Of a stretch of 64,000 bases of DNA, positions 8,884-19,201 are shown piece after piece. The notes beneath the pieces are model-generated. The model was given only the letters and a program-made list of their open reading frames with translations. It had not been told where the DNA came from and searched no databases. This stretch comes from Candidatus Endomicrobiellum roisinitermitis (GTDB lineage: Bacteria > Elusimicrobiota > Endomicrobiia > Endomicrobiales > Endomicrobiaceae), in assembly GCA_031287855.1 (NCBI GenBank), contig JAITSL010000033.1, positions 1,163-65,162 of the forward strand, written 5' to 3'. How positions within the stretch are numbered: the first letter of the stretch is position 1; each line of letters starts with the position of its first letter. The position numbers and the translations under genes were made by a program.

Positions 8884-9441
8884 TGTTATAATATTACTTT
8901 TTATTATTTTGTGTAGGTTCTCTTTAGGTATACCCCTAGGTAATACCAACATAAGAATTAAAAATAATAAAATAAATCTTATAAATTCTCTATTTTTTAA
9001 AAAATAAAAATTAAAGCTATCATTTATATCAAGACAAAAACTTCTCCTACCCCTACAAACTTTTGACAAACTGTTTAACGGCAATACCATCACTGGGGAA
9101 TTAATTAATTTATCTGCTTTTTGTTGGTTGCCATTTTGAGCAAAAAAACAACGACAGCATTTTGCCAATTCTTCACTTATTAAATTATTTTCATATACAC
9201 ACAAACCAAATATACTCGTTATTTTGATCACTGGAATATTTATACTTTTATAAACCTTTAAAAGTCCACCACCCAAATTTAACACAACAGTATCTGAAGA
9301 TTTCAAAGATATAGCATCTGAACTTTCTAAAATTGATATGGCAAGTATATTAAAAAGAATAGATATCGCTATTATTATAGCGACTATAAAATTTAGACAA
9401 TGGTAATTTTTTATTATATTTTTCATTGTTTTTATCAACAT
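8872..9441 (-). CDS. Hypothetical membrane protein
   Basis: ORF of 189 aa with hydrophobic N-terminal (FIVAIIIAISILFNILAISIL) and C-terminal (FIRFILLFLILMLVL) segments. No recognisable family. Confidence 0.35.
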   Translation of the reverse strand: MLIKTMKNIIKNYHCLNFIVAIIIAISILFNILAISILESSDAISLKSSDTVVLNLGGGLLKVYKSINIPVIKITSIFGLCVYENNLISEELAKCCRCFFAQNGNQQKADKLINSPVMVLPLNSLSKVCRGRRSFCLDINDSFNFYFLKNREFIRFILLFLILMLVLPRGIPKENLHKIIKSNIITITT

Positions 9442-9630
9442 TTATGTACATTTAGACATACAGCAAATAAAAACAACTTCTCAAATTACACTAAAAAATT
9501 TTACCTAACAAAATTGATTCTACTATATACTTTATACAAAAATAAAAAAGAAAAGAAAATACTTCATAAATTTTGTACAATACTTAACTAGTAAGAAGCT
9601 TTCAAGGTTAGCAAATCATATACTAAATTT

Positions 9631-10779
9631 ATGATAAAAAAATTACATTTGTATATTCTTAAAGAGTTTTTCACTTCTTTTATTTTCGGAATATTAGTAT
9701 TTTCACTTCTACTTATTCTAAACATAGCATTTGAGCTAGTAGAACTTACTTTATCTAAAGGTGTCGCTATTTTCCTTGTCTTAAAGTTATTTGTTTTTTA
9801 CTTGCCTAACATTCTAACACTCTCTATACCAATGTCAGTACTATTTGGCGTTTTACTTTCATACGGGAAATTATCTTCAGATAACGAAATTACGGCCATG
9901 AAATCTTGTGGACTAAACTATAAAACATTAACAACTCCGGCAATATATTTCGTATGCATTCTTTCAATATTTTTAATTTTTTTTAACCACTTTATAGCCC
10001 CTACAATAAGCAATCACTCTAAACATCTTTACGAAGAAATTATAACAAAAAGTCCCCTAGCTAGATTTGATGCAAAATCAATCACAAATATTGGAAATTA
10101 TAGTTTATATGCAAACAAAGTAAACAACAAAACAAATTCTTTATTTGGCCTTAATATATACAAATTCCAAAACAATGATGAAGATACAAGTAAAAAAAAC
10201 AAAAAGGATATTTTGCCTCAAAACGACAAAGAGAGTTGGAGAATATCTGCTGCTAGCGCCTCACTAAAAGCCTACGATAATGGAATACAACTTACATTAC
10301 ACAATGGATATTTACAAAAGGCAAACCCAGCTAACATGTCAGAAATTACACATATGACTTTTAAAAAATATATCTTTTTTATTTTTCTTGGAGAAAACAT
10401 TAAAAAAGATACTATTACACTTGCATCAATACAATCTCCTCAACTTCTAAAAATCATAGATGAGTGTAAACAACAGGCAATGCCATTATCATCATATGTA
10501 AATTATCAAAGAGATTTCTGGCTTAGATGGGTTTTTGCAATAGCCCCAATTTCTTTTGTTATTATCGCATTACCTATAGGACTTATAAGCAACAAAAGAG
10601 GTAAGGTAATGGGCTTTGGAGTAAGTTTAGGAATAACTATTCTTTACTACATGCTTTTTCTTATATCTACAAGTTTAGGAGAAAAAGAATATGCTCCTTT
10701 AAGTATAATAATGTGGCTACCTAACTTTCTAACTGCGTTAATAGGCTCATATTTGTTTTTTAAAATGGTGAAAAAATGA
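9631..10779 (+). CDS. lptF: LPS export permease, LptF/LptG (YjgP/YjgQ) family
   Basis: 382-aa polytopic protein followed by a 360-aa paralog with a 4-nt overlap. It has the typical N-terminal TM bundle, a central soluble loop and a C-terminal TM bundle. Confidence 0.7.
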   Translation: MIKKLHLYILKEFFTSFIFGILVFSLLLILNIAFELVELTLSKGVAIFLVLKLFVFYLPNILTLSIPMSVLFGVLLSYGKLSSDNEITAMKSCGLNYKTLTTPAIYFVCILSIFLIFFNHFIAPTISNHSKHLYEEIITKSPLARFDAKSITNIGNYSLYANKVNNKTNSLFGLNIYKFQNNDEDTSKKNKKDILPQNDKESWRISAASASLKAYDNGIQLTLHNGYLQKANPANMSEITHMTFKKYIFFIFLGENIKKDTITLASIQSPQLLKIIDECKQQAMPLSSYVNYQRDFWLRWVFAIAPISFVIIALPIGLISNKRGKVMGFGVSLGITILYYMLFLISTSLGEKEYAPLSIIMWLPNFLTALIGSYLFFKMVKK

Positions 10780-11858
10780 TAAAAGTCATTTATAGTTATA
10801 TTATTAGAAACTTTATTAAAATATTCTTTTTTACTACAGCAGCATTTTCGCTTGTAGTAACAATATCAGTATTATTTAACCATATAAATTTTTATATGGA
10901 GTACAAAGCTTCTTTTCACACAATAATGTTGCATTTGTTTTCTAATCTTCCAGAATGGCTCATACAAGGACTTCCTATAGCTACTCTTCTAGCTCTTTTA
11001 TTTTCTATAGGTAATTTATCAAAAAATAATGAAATAACTGTAATAAAAGCATCCGGCATAAATTTATGGAATATCATCATTTTGCTTATGATTATAGGAT
11101 TTACAATAGGCATTGGAGATTTTTCAGTAAGAGAACTTATAATCCCTAAAACAAGTCTCTATAATGAAAAAATCAAACATGCAGCAATTAAAAAGGAAGA
11201 TATCTCAATACAAACAGATTTTTACAACAAAATAGTTCCTCTTCCAAATAACATAAGAATGACAATTGGGCACTTAGATACAAAAGCAAGAACAATGAAT
11301 AATATTGTTATGGAAAAATATGACCAAAACTTTGTTCTAAAACGCCTTGTGTTAGCGCAAGAAGCAGTATGGGAAAATAACTCCTGGGTTCTAAAAAATG
11401 GCATTATGAGAAATTTTGACTCTGATTTTTTGAACGAAATCAATTTTAAAAGTTACAATTCACATATAAATATTACACCATCTGACATGTCTGTACAAGA
11501 TATGCGTTATGACACAATGAATGTTAAACAATTTAAAAAATATATACACCAATTAAAAATTTTTGGACAATCTGCAATCAAAGAAAGAATAGTATTAAAC
11601 ATGCGTTTTGCTTCAGTTTTTGCACATATTATAGTTATGATGGTTGGTATATCTTTTGCTTTAAGTCCTGGGAAAAGAACTAGCAGAATTCTAAGCTTTA
11701 CACTTGCACTTGTGGCAGCCTTGACGTACTGGATAGTTCAGGCTATAACTAAAACACTTGGAGAAAATCTTGTATTTTCTCCTTTTATAGCAGCTTGGCT
11801 TCCAAATATTATATTTCTAATTATAGGTATATACTTGCTTAATAAGGTAAGAAAATAA
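10776..11858 (+). CDS. lptG: LPS export permease, LptF/LptG (YjgP/YjgQ) family
   Basis: Paralog of the preceding ORF with the same architecture, translationally coupled to it. Confidence 0.7.
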   Translation: MIKVIYSYIIRNFIKIFFFTTAAFSLVVTISVLFNHINFYMEYKASFHTIMLHLFSNLPEWLIQGLPIATLLALLFSIGNLSKNNEITVIKASGINLWNIIILLMIIGFTIGIGDFSVRELIIPKTSLYNEKIKHAAIKKEDISIQTDFYNKIVPLPNNIRMTIGHLDTKARTMNNIVMEKYDQNFVLKRLVLAQEAVWENNSWVLKNGIMRNFDSDFLNEINFKSYNSHINITPSDMSVQDMRYDTMNVKQFKKYIHQLKIFGQSAIKERIVLNMRFASVFAHIIVMMVGISFALSPGKRTSRILSFTLALVAALTYWIVQAITKTLGENLVFSPFIAAWLPNIIFLIIGIYLLNKVRK

Positions 11859-11897
11859 TATCATTTATATAATTCGCTTTCATATGGGAGGCTTATC

Positions 11898-12575
11898 ATG
11901 CACATACCAGACGGCTTTTTGAATAATAACTTAGCAGGAGGTATGTTAAGTGGTGCTGTTTGTATGCTTGGATATTGTTTTGAAAAAGTATTAAAAACTA
12001 TACCAGTATCATCAGAAATCCTAGCAACAAATTGTGGAAATGCTACTGTTAAGCAAAATAGCTTATTACTTTCTAAAAACTCAAGACAAACTTTTTTAAA
12101 TTTAGCATTTATTGGTGCTTGGATATTTGCTTTTCAAATGTTTAATGTACCTATACAATCTGCTACATCTGCTCATTTTATAGGTGGAGTATTTGCTGCA
12201 ATTTTAGTCGGCCCATTTTTTGGTTTTATTATCATGTCTTCAGTATTAACAGTTCAAGCTCTGTTTTTTTCTGATGGAGGGTTACTTGCTCTTGGGGCAA
12301 ATATTTTTAACATGGCATTGGTTGGTTGTTTTTTTTCGTATTACGTTTACAAGTTTATAAAGAAGTTTAACAATGTTTTAGCGATTTTTACAGCATGTTT
12401 TTTTTCTGTAATGTGCGCATCTATATCATGTCTTGTAGAGCTCAGTCTTTCTAACACTATAATATTTTCTCAAGCAGCTAAGTACATGATAACCCTACAC
12501 CTAATCGCATCTTTTTTAGAAGCAATAATAACTTTAGTTTCAGTAAAAATATTTAATGGAGATATAAATGAATAG
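11898..12575 (+). CDS. cbiM: CbiM/NikM-type metal (Ni/Co) transporter substrate component
   Basis: Hallmark N-terminus MHIPDGFL, polytopic, GGAGG-like RBS (tatgggaggc) upstream, sits directly before the lar genes. Confidence 0.8.
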   Translation: MHIPDGFLNNNLAGGMLSGAVCMLGYCFEKVLKTIPVSSEILATNCGNATVKQNSLLLSKNSRQTFLNLAFIGAWIFAFQMFNVPIQSATSAHFIGGVFAAILVGPFFGFIIMSSVLTVQALFFSDGGLLALGANIFNMALVGCFFSYYVYKFIKKFNNVLAIFTACFFSVMCASISCLVELSLSNTIIFSQAAKYMITLHLIASFLEAIITLVSVKIFNGDINE

Positions 12576-12834
12576 AAAAATTATACTTCCAGGAATTGTT
12601 ATATTATTTGCTAGCATTTTTGCATCAAAATATCCAGATACACTTGAAACACTTGCTATTAATTATGGGTTTGCAAATAAAGCAAAAGAAACTTTATCTT
12701 TATTTTCAGGATATTATTTTCCGTTTATAAAAAACAGTTTTCTGTCTACACTATGTGCTGGTCTTACAGGACTGTTAATTATTTACATACTTTTTCAAAC
12801 GACAAAAAAAATTACAACTTATTTCATAAAGTAA
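12568..12834 (+). CDS. PDGLE-domain small membrane protein (CbiN/NikN-like partner of CbiM)
   Basis: 88 aa with an N-terminal TM, KYPDTLETLA (PDGLE-like motif) and a C-terminal TM. Overlaps cbiM by 8 nt. Confidence 0.6.
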   Translation: MNRKIILPGIVILFASIFASKYPDTLETLAINYGFANKAKETLSLFSGYYFPFIKNSFLSTLCAGLTGLLIIYILFQTTKKITTYFIK

Positions 12835-12856
12835 TTTGCAGTTTTATAGACAATAA

Positions 12857-13615
12857 ATGAACAAACCAGAACTTTTAAATTTATTAAATCAAGTTAGAAA
12901 ATCTAAAATTTCTCCTAAAGACGCTTTTTCTTTGATAAAAGCACCTAATATTGAAGATTTAGGGTATGCAAAAATAGATTGTCATAGACAATTAAGGCAA
13001 GGTGTGTGCGAAGTAATTTTTGGAGAAAACAAAACATATCAACAACTTAAAAACATACTCTCTAGCATGGTTAATAAAAACTTTAGGAACATTATAATAA
13101 CAAGAATTTCAAAACAAACAGTCAAACTTTTAAAAAAAAAATTTAGTATAAGTTATTCTCCACAAGCACATATTGCAATTGTTGCCAAAAATAAAACAAT
13201 AAAAAAAGTTGGCAACATAGTTATCGCTTCTGGAGGTACAAGTGATATCCCAATATGCGAAGAAGCCGCTATAACAGCTGAAACTTTAGGCAGTAAAGTG
13301 AATCGTCTATACGATATTGGAGTTGCAGGAATACATAGACTTTTATCAAATCAACACATTCTTCAAAAAGCACGTGTCATAATAGCTGTAGCTGGTATGG
13401 AAGGCGCTTTACCTAGCGTAATTGGCAGTATTGTAAGCTGCCCTATTATCGCAGTGCCTACAAGTATAGGATACGGAGCAAACTTCAATGGCATTAGCGC
13501 GCTACTTTCTATGCTCAATTCTTGTTCAAGTGGGATCTCTGTAGTAAACATAGACAATGGTTTTGGTGCAGGATATATTGCTAATCGGATAAACAAAATG
13601 GAGAGCATCTCATGA
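12857..13615 (+). CDS. larB: LarB, pyridinium-3,5-biscarboxylic acid mononucleotide synthase (PurE-like)
   Basis: PurE/AIR-carboxylase-like C-terminal half (IVIASGGTSD, AVAGMEGALPSVIG), placed directly before larC and larE. Confidence 0.8.
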   Translation: MNKPELLNLLNQVRKSKISPKDAFSLIKAPNIEDLGYAKIDCHRQLRQGVCEVIFGENKTYQQLKNILSSMVNKNFRNIIITRISKQTVKLLKKKFSISYSPQAHIAIVAKNKTIKKVGNIVIASGGTSDIPICEEAAITAETLGSKVNRLYDIGVAGIHRLLSNQHILQKARVIIAVAGMEGALPSVIGSIVSCPIIAVPTSIGYGANFNGISALLSMLNSCSSGISVVNIDNGFGAGYIANRINKMESIS

Positions 13616-14817
13616 ATATTCTCTATTTACAATGCCAAATGGGCGCCTCTGGCGATATGATAATGTCTTCTTTATTTGAGTTAATTGAAAATAAAAAAGA
13701 TTTTTTAAACAAAATAAACAATTTAGGCCTCACAAATGTAAAAGTAACCTCAAAAGAGGTGCTTAAGTCTGGTATTAAAGGCACGCACATAGAAGTACTT
13801 GTCCATGACAAAGAAGAACATTTGCACAGCAAAAATCACTCTCATAAATCCACAAACTTAGGAACAATAGAAAATATAATAGAAAAGCTAAATATATCTA
13901 GGACAGTTAAAAAAAACTCTTTACAAATTTACAAAATTATTGCAAATGCAGAAGCTCATGTGCACAATAAAAAAATCAATCAAATTCATTTTCATGAAGT
14001 TGGAAATCTCGACGCCATAATAGACATTGTTGGCTCTTGTTTACTAATAGAAAACATTTCTCCTGACAAAATAATTGCATCTTCAATAAACTTAGGAAAT
14101 GGTTTTACAAGTTGTATGCATGGTATACTGCCTGTACCAGCACCAGCAACAGCGTTCATATTAAAGGGTATACCAACATATTCAAACGCTCTAGACGAAG
14201 AGCTTTGCACGCCAACAGGTGCTGCAATTTTAAAATTTTTTGCTACTGAATTTAGCACAATGCCAGAAATGATAATAAGCAAAATTGGTTATGGGATAGG
14301 TACTAAAGATTTTAAAATCTTCAATTGTTTAAGAGCTTTCTTAGGTAAAATGAACACAAAAAGTTTAAACACTAATGAATCTATAACAAAACTCGAATGT
14401 AATTTAGACGACATGACTGGCGAATCAATAAGCTTTGCTACAAACACACTATTAAAAAGTGGCGCTTTAGATGTGTACACAACAGCAATACAAATGAAAA
14501 AGAACAGGCCTGGCGTTTTACTTACTTGTTTATGCAATGTTGATCAATCAAACTTTTTTGCAGACCTTATACTAAAACATACTTCCACCTTAGGAGTTAG
14601 AATGTCAACATGCAAAAGATATAGTTTGGATAGAAAAATCAGCAAAATTGCAACCCCATATGGAAATATCAATATAAAAGTATCTAAAAACCTTAACATT
14701 GAAAAATCTAAAATAGAATATAACGATATAGCAAAAATAGCAAAACTAAAAAATATATCTTTTGATAAAACATTAAAAATTTTAAGAGAACATAATGACC
14801 ATTCAACAAAAATATGA
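13612..14817 (+). CDS. larC: LarC, nickel-inserting cyclometallase (DUF111 family)
   Basis: N-terminal MGASGDM motif, ~400 aa, overlaps larB and larE. Confidence 0.8.
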   Translation: MNILYLQCQMGASGDMIMSSLFELIENKKDFLNKINNLGLTNVKVTSKEVLKSGIKGTHIEVLVHDKEEHLHSKNHSHKSTNLGTIENIIEKLNISRTVKKNSLQIYKIIANAEAHVHNKKINQIHFHEVGNLDAIIDIVGSCLLIENISPDKIIASSINLGNGFTSCMHGILPVPAPATAFILKGIPTYSNALDEELCTPTGAAILKFFATEFSTMPEMIISKIGYGIGTKDFKIFNCLRAFLGKMNTKSLNTNESITKLECNLDDMTGESISFATNTLLKSGALDVYTTAIQMKKNRPGVLLTCLCNVDQSNFFADLILKHTSTLGVRMSTCKRYSLDRKISKIATPYGNINIKVSKNLNIEKSKIEYNDIAKIAKLKNISFDKTLKILREHNDHSTKI

Positions 14818-15604
14818 ACACTTAAAGCAGTATTTGCTAAGCTTAGAAAGTGTAGCTGTAGCGTTTTCTGCAGGAGTAGACTCAACTTTTTTGTTAAAAG
14901 TAGCAAGTATTGTGTTAAAAGATAAAGTTGTTGCTATCACTGCAAAATCAGAATCTTTTCCTAAAAGAGAGTTAAATCAAGCTATAGAATTTTGCAAAAA
15001 TGAAACAATAGAACATATAATATGTGATTGGGAAGAATTAAATATTGAGGGTTTTTCCAAAAATCCTAAAAACCGCTGTTATTTATGCAAAAAAGAACTA
15101 TTTACTAAAATATTAGATATTGCAAAAATTAATAATCTCAAAAGTATAGTTGAAGGGTCTAACAGTGACGACATCCACGATTATAGGCCAGGTCTTAAAG
15201 CTATAGAAGAGTTAAACATAAAGAGTCCTCTTAGAATTGCAAATCTTAACAAAGCAGACATTAGGGCACTCTCAAAGGAACTAAACCTTAAGTCTTGGGA
15301 CAAACCATCTTTTGCTTGCTTATCTTCTAGGTTTCCATATGGGGAGTATATTACACCTCACCGTTTAAATATGGTGGAGACAGCAGAACAATTTTTATTA
15401 GACAAAGGATTTAAACAAGTACGAGTAAGATACCACAACAATCTAGCAAGGATAGAAATAGACGAAAATAGTTTTGGCATTTTTAGCAATAAAAATCTTA
15501 GAGAAGAAATATACAACAACTTTAAAGCATTAGGTTTTACTTACATATCCATAGATATATTAGGATACCGCACAGGCAGCATGAACGAAACCTTATCACT
15601 TTAA
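14795..15604 (+). CDS. larE: LarE, ATP-dependent sulfur transferase (PP-loop ATP pyrophosphatase)
   Basis: PP-loop FSAGVDST, conserved Cys region (PSFACLSSRFPYG), ~270 aa. Confidence 0.8.
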   Translation: MTIQQKYEHLKQYLLSLESVAVAFSAGVDSTFLLKVASIVLKDKVVAITAKSESFPKRELNQAIEFCKNETIEHIICDWEELNIEGFSKNPKNRCYLCKKELFTKILDIAKINNLKSIVEGSNSDDIHDYRPGLKAIEELNIKSPLRIANLNKADIRALSKELNLKSWDKPSFACLSSRFPYGEYITPHRLNMVETAEQFLLDKGFKQVRVRYHNNLARIEIDENSFGIFSNKNLREEIYNNFKALGFTYISIDILGYRTGSMNETLSL

Positions 15605-16047
15605 GCTGGAGGACTTTACTTTACTAACACTATTCTACTGATGCCGAGAACATTCTTCCTGTGTTTGCTAGTGACAAGCTAGGATTAGATCTCAGTACTG
15701 CATACCGTTTTCTGCAAACAGCTACCAGGTTTTAGATTAATGAAGATTAAGATACCTGCAAGCCTTTTACATCAATCTGCCCACCTTCTAACTAAACTGC
15801 TAACTTATACATAAAGTTTAGCGTCGTTATTAAACCAGAAGAGTTAAATTTAACAAAATATTTTTCTGAAAGCCAAGTAAAATGAATAAATAGGTTAATA
15901 AGATTATGAGATACTTTGTGTCATAAAACTGTGCAAAATAGCAATTCTTCAGGTACTACGTGAAACCAAAAAATAACCATTGTTAAAAATTGATAAAATA
16001 GTAACCATAAAATTGTTTTTTCCGGAAATATTTGATAGCATAACTTT

Positions 16048-17295
16048 ATGACAGAATACAAGAAAAGAATTATAGATAAACAAATAGAACAAAAATTAAC
16101 TGCTCTTGGAGGTATTCTCTTAGAAGGGGTTAGAGGTGTTGGCAAGTCAACTACTGCAAAACACTATGCCGCAAGTTACGTTTCTTTGGACCAATCTCCG
16201 CAAACACTAGATGCAGCACGGATAATCCCTAAAAATGTCTTACAAGGGGATACCCCACGCGTTATTGACGAGTGGCAATTAGCGCCAGAACTTTGGAACA
16301 CTGCACGCAACGAAATTGATACACGTAATGCAAAAGGGCAATTTATTTTAACTGGTTCATCTTCTCCAACAGATAACATCACTCACCATAGTGGCGCTGG
16401 AAGATTTGGGCGTGTACGCATGCGACCTATGTCATTGTCCGAAATGGGAAAATCTACTAACCAAGTTTCTTTTTCAAATTTATTTGAGAAAGGTTTTAAT
16501 CCTAGCGGCAACAATGGCCTTTCCATATCAGAATTTGCAGAGACATTAGTTATAGGAGGCATGCCTGCAATTTTCTACTCTTCTGAAAAGAACGCGCATA
16601 TTTTTTATGAGGAATACATAAAAAATATTACAAAAGTAGAATTAAAAGATGCTGGTTTTAATTCAGACCCTGTTCGTGTTCGCGCTCTTATAAATGCATT
16701 AGCGCGCAATATTTCAACTCAAGCTAGTCTAGAAACACTTGCTAGAGAATCAGAAATTGAAATTGATGTCACAACAAAAACAATAAGAAAATATCTGGAT
16801 CGGTTAACTCAAATTTTTTTATTAGAGGAATTACCTGTCTGGAAAACACATATTCGTTCAAGTGCACAAATAAGAATAAAACCAAAATGGCATTTTATGG
16901 ATCCTGCGATTGCTGTAGCTGCGTTAGGAGTAAATTCTAAAGCTTTGCTCAATGATTTGGAAACCTTTGGTCTATTCTTTGAATCAATGGTTTTAAGAGA
17001 TATAAGAGCTTACGCTGAGGCTATAGGTGCAGATACGTTTTTTTACAAAGATTCTTCTGAACTTGAAGTCGATATAATAGTTCAGCTCAGTAATGGCAAA
17101 TGGGCCGCATTTGAAGTAAAGGTTGGCGGAGAGCATAACATAAAAAAGGCAGAAGATAATTTAAACAAATTAAAAAAATCTGTAAATAAGAGGAAGTTAG
17201 AAGATTTAACTTCGCTAAATATTATCACAGGTGGAGAGTACAGTTACACCAATTCTAATGGTATAAACATTATTTCTATAGGCCACTTATGTTGA
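16048..17295 (+). CDS. AAA+ ATPase with C-terminal DUF4143 / PD-(D/E)xK-like domain (COG1373-type)
   Basis: Walker A GVRGVGKST, Walker B-like PRVIDEWQ, C-terminal ELEVDIIVQ...AAFEVKVGG. GC is visibly higher than the flanks (hand counts 40-53 percent per 60 nt). Confidence 0.7.
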   Translation: MTEYKKRIIDKQIEQKLTALGGILLEGVRGVGKSTTAKHYAASYVSLDQSPQTLDAARIIPKNVLQGDTPRVIDEWQLAPELWNTARNEIDTRNAKGQFILTGSSSPTDNITHHSGAGRFGRVRMRPMSLSEMGKSTNQVSFSNLFEKGFNPSGNNGLSISEFAETLVIGGMPAIFYSSEKNAHIFYEEYIKNITKVELKDAGFNSDPVRVRALINALARNISTQASLETLARESEIEIDVTTKTIRKYLDRLTQIFLLEELPVWKTHIRSSAQIRIKPKWHFMDPAIAVAALGVNSKALLNDLETFGLFFESMVLRDIRAYAEAIGADTFFYKDSSELEVDIIVQLSNGKWAAFEVKVGGEHNIKKAEDNLNKLKKSVNKRKLEDLTSLNIITGGEYSYTNSNGINIISIGHLC

Positions 17296-17373
17296 TCCAA
17301 GAACTATAATTTATTATTTTAAAAGTAAATTCCCTGTTTTTTCTTAAAATACATCAAACACACCACTAAATGA

Positions 17374-19140
17374 TTAAATCATTCTATTTTTTAGTTCTAC
17401 TAAATAATTTCTCAACTCTTTTGGTATTTTATCACCAAATGTTGCATAAAATTCTTCTATCATTTCTATTTCTTTCTTCCAATCATCTTTATTTACTTTC
17501 AACAACTTTTCAACTACCTCTTTATCTATATCTAAACCTGCTAAATCCAAAGAGTCTAGTCTGGGTAACAACCCGATTTCTGATTCTACAGCATCTACCT
17601 TACCTTCAATTATATCTATCATCCATTTTATAATTCTTGAATTATCTCTAAAACCTGGCCACATAAACTTATCATCTTCGTCCTTTCTAAACCAATTCAC
17701 CATAAATATTTTTGGTAACTCTTTTACTTTTTTACCTATATTAAGCCAATGTTGAAAGTAATCTCCCATGTTATAGCCACAAAACGGTAACATAGCCATA
17801 GGGTCTCTTCTTACTGCGCCAATTTTTCCAGTCGCAGCAGCAGTTGTTTCTGAACCTAGTGACGAAGCAATAAAAACACCACTTTCCCAATCTTTAGCCT
17901 CGTATACTAAAGGTATAGTATCTTTTCTGCGCCCTCCAAAAATTATACCAGAAATAGGCACACCATAAGGATTGTCATATTCTGGAGAAAGCGTCGGGCA
18001 ATTGTAGATAGAAACAGTAAATCTAGAATTTGGATGTGCTGCAGGCTGACCTAAATCTTTACTGTATTTTCTACCTTGCCAGTCTGTTAAATCAGAAGGA
18101 ATCTCATCACAAATCCCTTCCCACCAAGGAGTGTTATCACTATTATTTACAGCTGTATTTGTAAAAAGAGTAGGAAAAAATTTATCATTCTTTAATGTTT
18201 TCATCATAACAGGATTTGTTTTCATTCCTGTCCCAGGAGCAACACCAAAAAAACCTGCTTCAGGATTAATTGCGTAAAGTTTACCGTTGTCACCTATGTT
18301 TATCCAAGCAATATCATCACCCAAAGTCCAAACTTTATAACCTTTCAAAACAGGCTCTAAAAGTGCAAGATTTGTCTTCCCACAAGCAGAAGGAAATGCC
18401 CCTAAAAAGTATGTTATCTTGTCGTCGGGAGCTTGCACGCCTATAATAATCATATGTTCAGCAAGCCAGCCTTCTTGTTTGCCTAAATACGAACTTATCC
18501 TTAAGGAATAACATTTCTTACCAAGTAAAGCATTTCCGCCATAACCAGAACCAAAACTCATAACAAGGTTTTCTTGAGGGAAATGCATTATAAATCTTCT
18601 ATCTGGATTAACATTCCCTATAGAATGTATTCCTCTAAAAAAATCCGAACAATTGCCTATTCTTTCTATTGCTTGCTTTCCAATCCTAGACATAACACGC
18701 ATACTTAAAGCAACATAAATAGAGTCTGTGACTTGAACACAGTTTTTTGCATATCTTGATTTTGGCGTACCCATAACAAAAGGAATTACATACATTGTTC
18801 TCCCTTTCATTGCACCCTTAAAAAGATTATTCATTTTATTTTTAGCTTCATCCGGATTTAGCCAGTTATTATTAGCCCCTGCTTCTTCTTGCGTTGGAGT
18901 ACATACAAAAGTTAAATGTTCTGTTCTTGCTACATCATTAGGATTTGAACTATGATGGTAAGAGTTTGGATACTTTTGCCAATTTAATTTTTTTAAAACA
19001 ACCCTTCCATCTATTGTAAACTTCTCAGCAAACTCTGCTAGCCTTATGGCTTCTTCTTTGGTACCATCCATTATATAAACTTCATCGGGCAAAAAAAGGT
19101 CTCGCATTTCATTGATGAATGATTCCATTGGTGTTGGCAT
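17374..19140 (-). CDS. pckG: Phosphoenolpyruvate carboxykinase (GTP)
   Basis: FPSACGKTN kinase-1a motif and overall GTP-PEPCK pattern. I prefer ATG 19140 (GGAG 9 nt upstream) to the longer track start at 19182. Confidence 0.85.
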   Translation of the reverse strand: MPTPMESFINEMRDLFLPDEVYIMDGTKEEAIRLAEFAEKFTIDGRVVLKKLNWQKYPNSYHHSSNPNDVARTEHLTFVCTPTQEEAGANNNWLNPDEAKNKMNNLFKGAMKGRTMYVIPFVMGTPKSRYAKNCVQVTDSIYVALSMRVMSRIGKQAIERIGNCSDFFRGIHSIGNVNPDRRFIMHFPQENLVMSFGSGYGGNALLGKKCYSLRISSYLGKQEGWLAEHMIIIGVQAPDDKITYFLGAFPSACGKTNLALLEPVLKGYKVWTLGDDIAWINIGDNGKLYAINPEAGFFGVAPGTGMKTNPVMMKTLKNDKFFPTLFTNTAVNNSDNTPWWEGICDEIPSDLTDWQGRKYSKDLGQPAAHPNSRFTVSIYNCPTLSPEYDNPYGVPISGIIFGGRRKDTIPLVYEAKDWESGVFIASSLGSETTAAATGKIGAVRRDPMAMLPFCGYNMGDYFQHWLNIGKKVKELPKIFMVNWFRKDEDDKFMWPGFRDNSRIIKWMIDIIEGKVDAVESEIGLLPRLDSLDLAGLDIDKEVVEKLLKVNKDDWKKEIEMIEEFYATFGDKIPKELRNYLVELKNRMI

Positions 19141-19201
19141 TTTTAGTACTCCAGTACCTGTTCTTTTATATATTCTAAGCAAGTTTTAAACTTACTCCTA
19201 T

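Noticed and set aside
9400-9591. 63-aa plus-strand ORF in the lptF upstream region
   Set aside because: Extremely AT-rich and low-complexity, with no RBS. It overlaps the start of the minus-strand ORF 8872-9441 and the likely divergent promoter region.
15605-16047. Possible tmRNA, RNase P RNA or SRP RNA in the GC-elevated spacer (minus strand shows aataacgacgctaaactttatgtataa, gcagaaaacggtatgcag and gtaaagtcctcc; plus strand shows accaggt)
   Set aside because: There is no tRNA-like acceptor/T-arm (no GGTTCGAATCC-type element or CCA end) and no GGGG 5' end for tmRNA. The RNase P-like strings occur in the wrong order and spacing. The SRP domain IV GGAA/AGCA motifs are absent. The similarity amounts to short chance strings.
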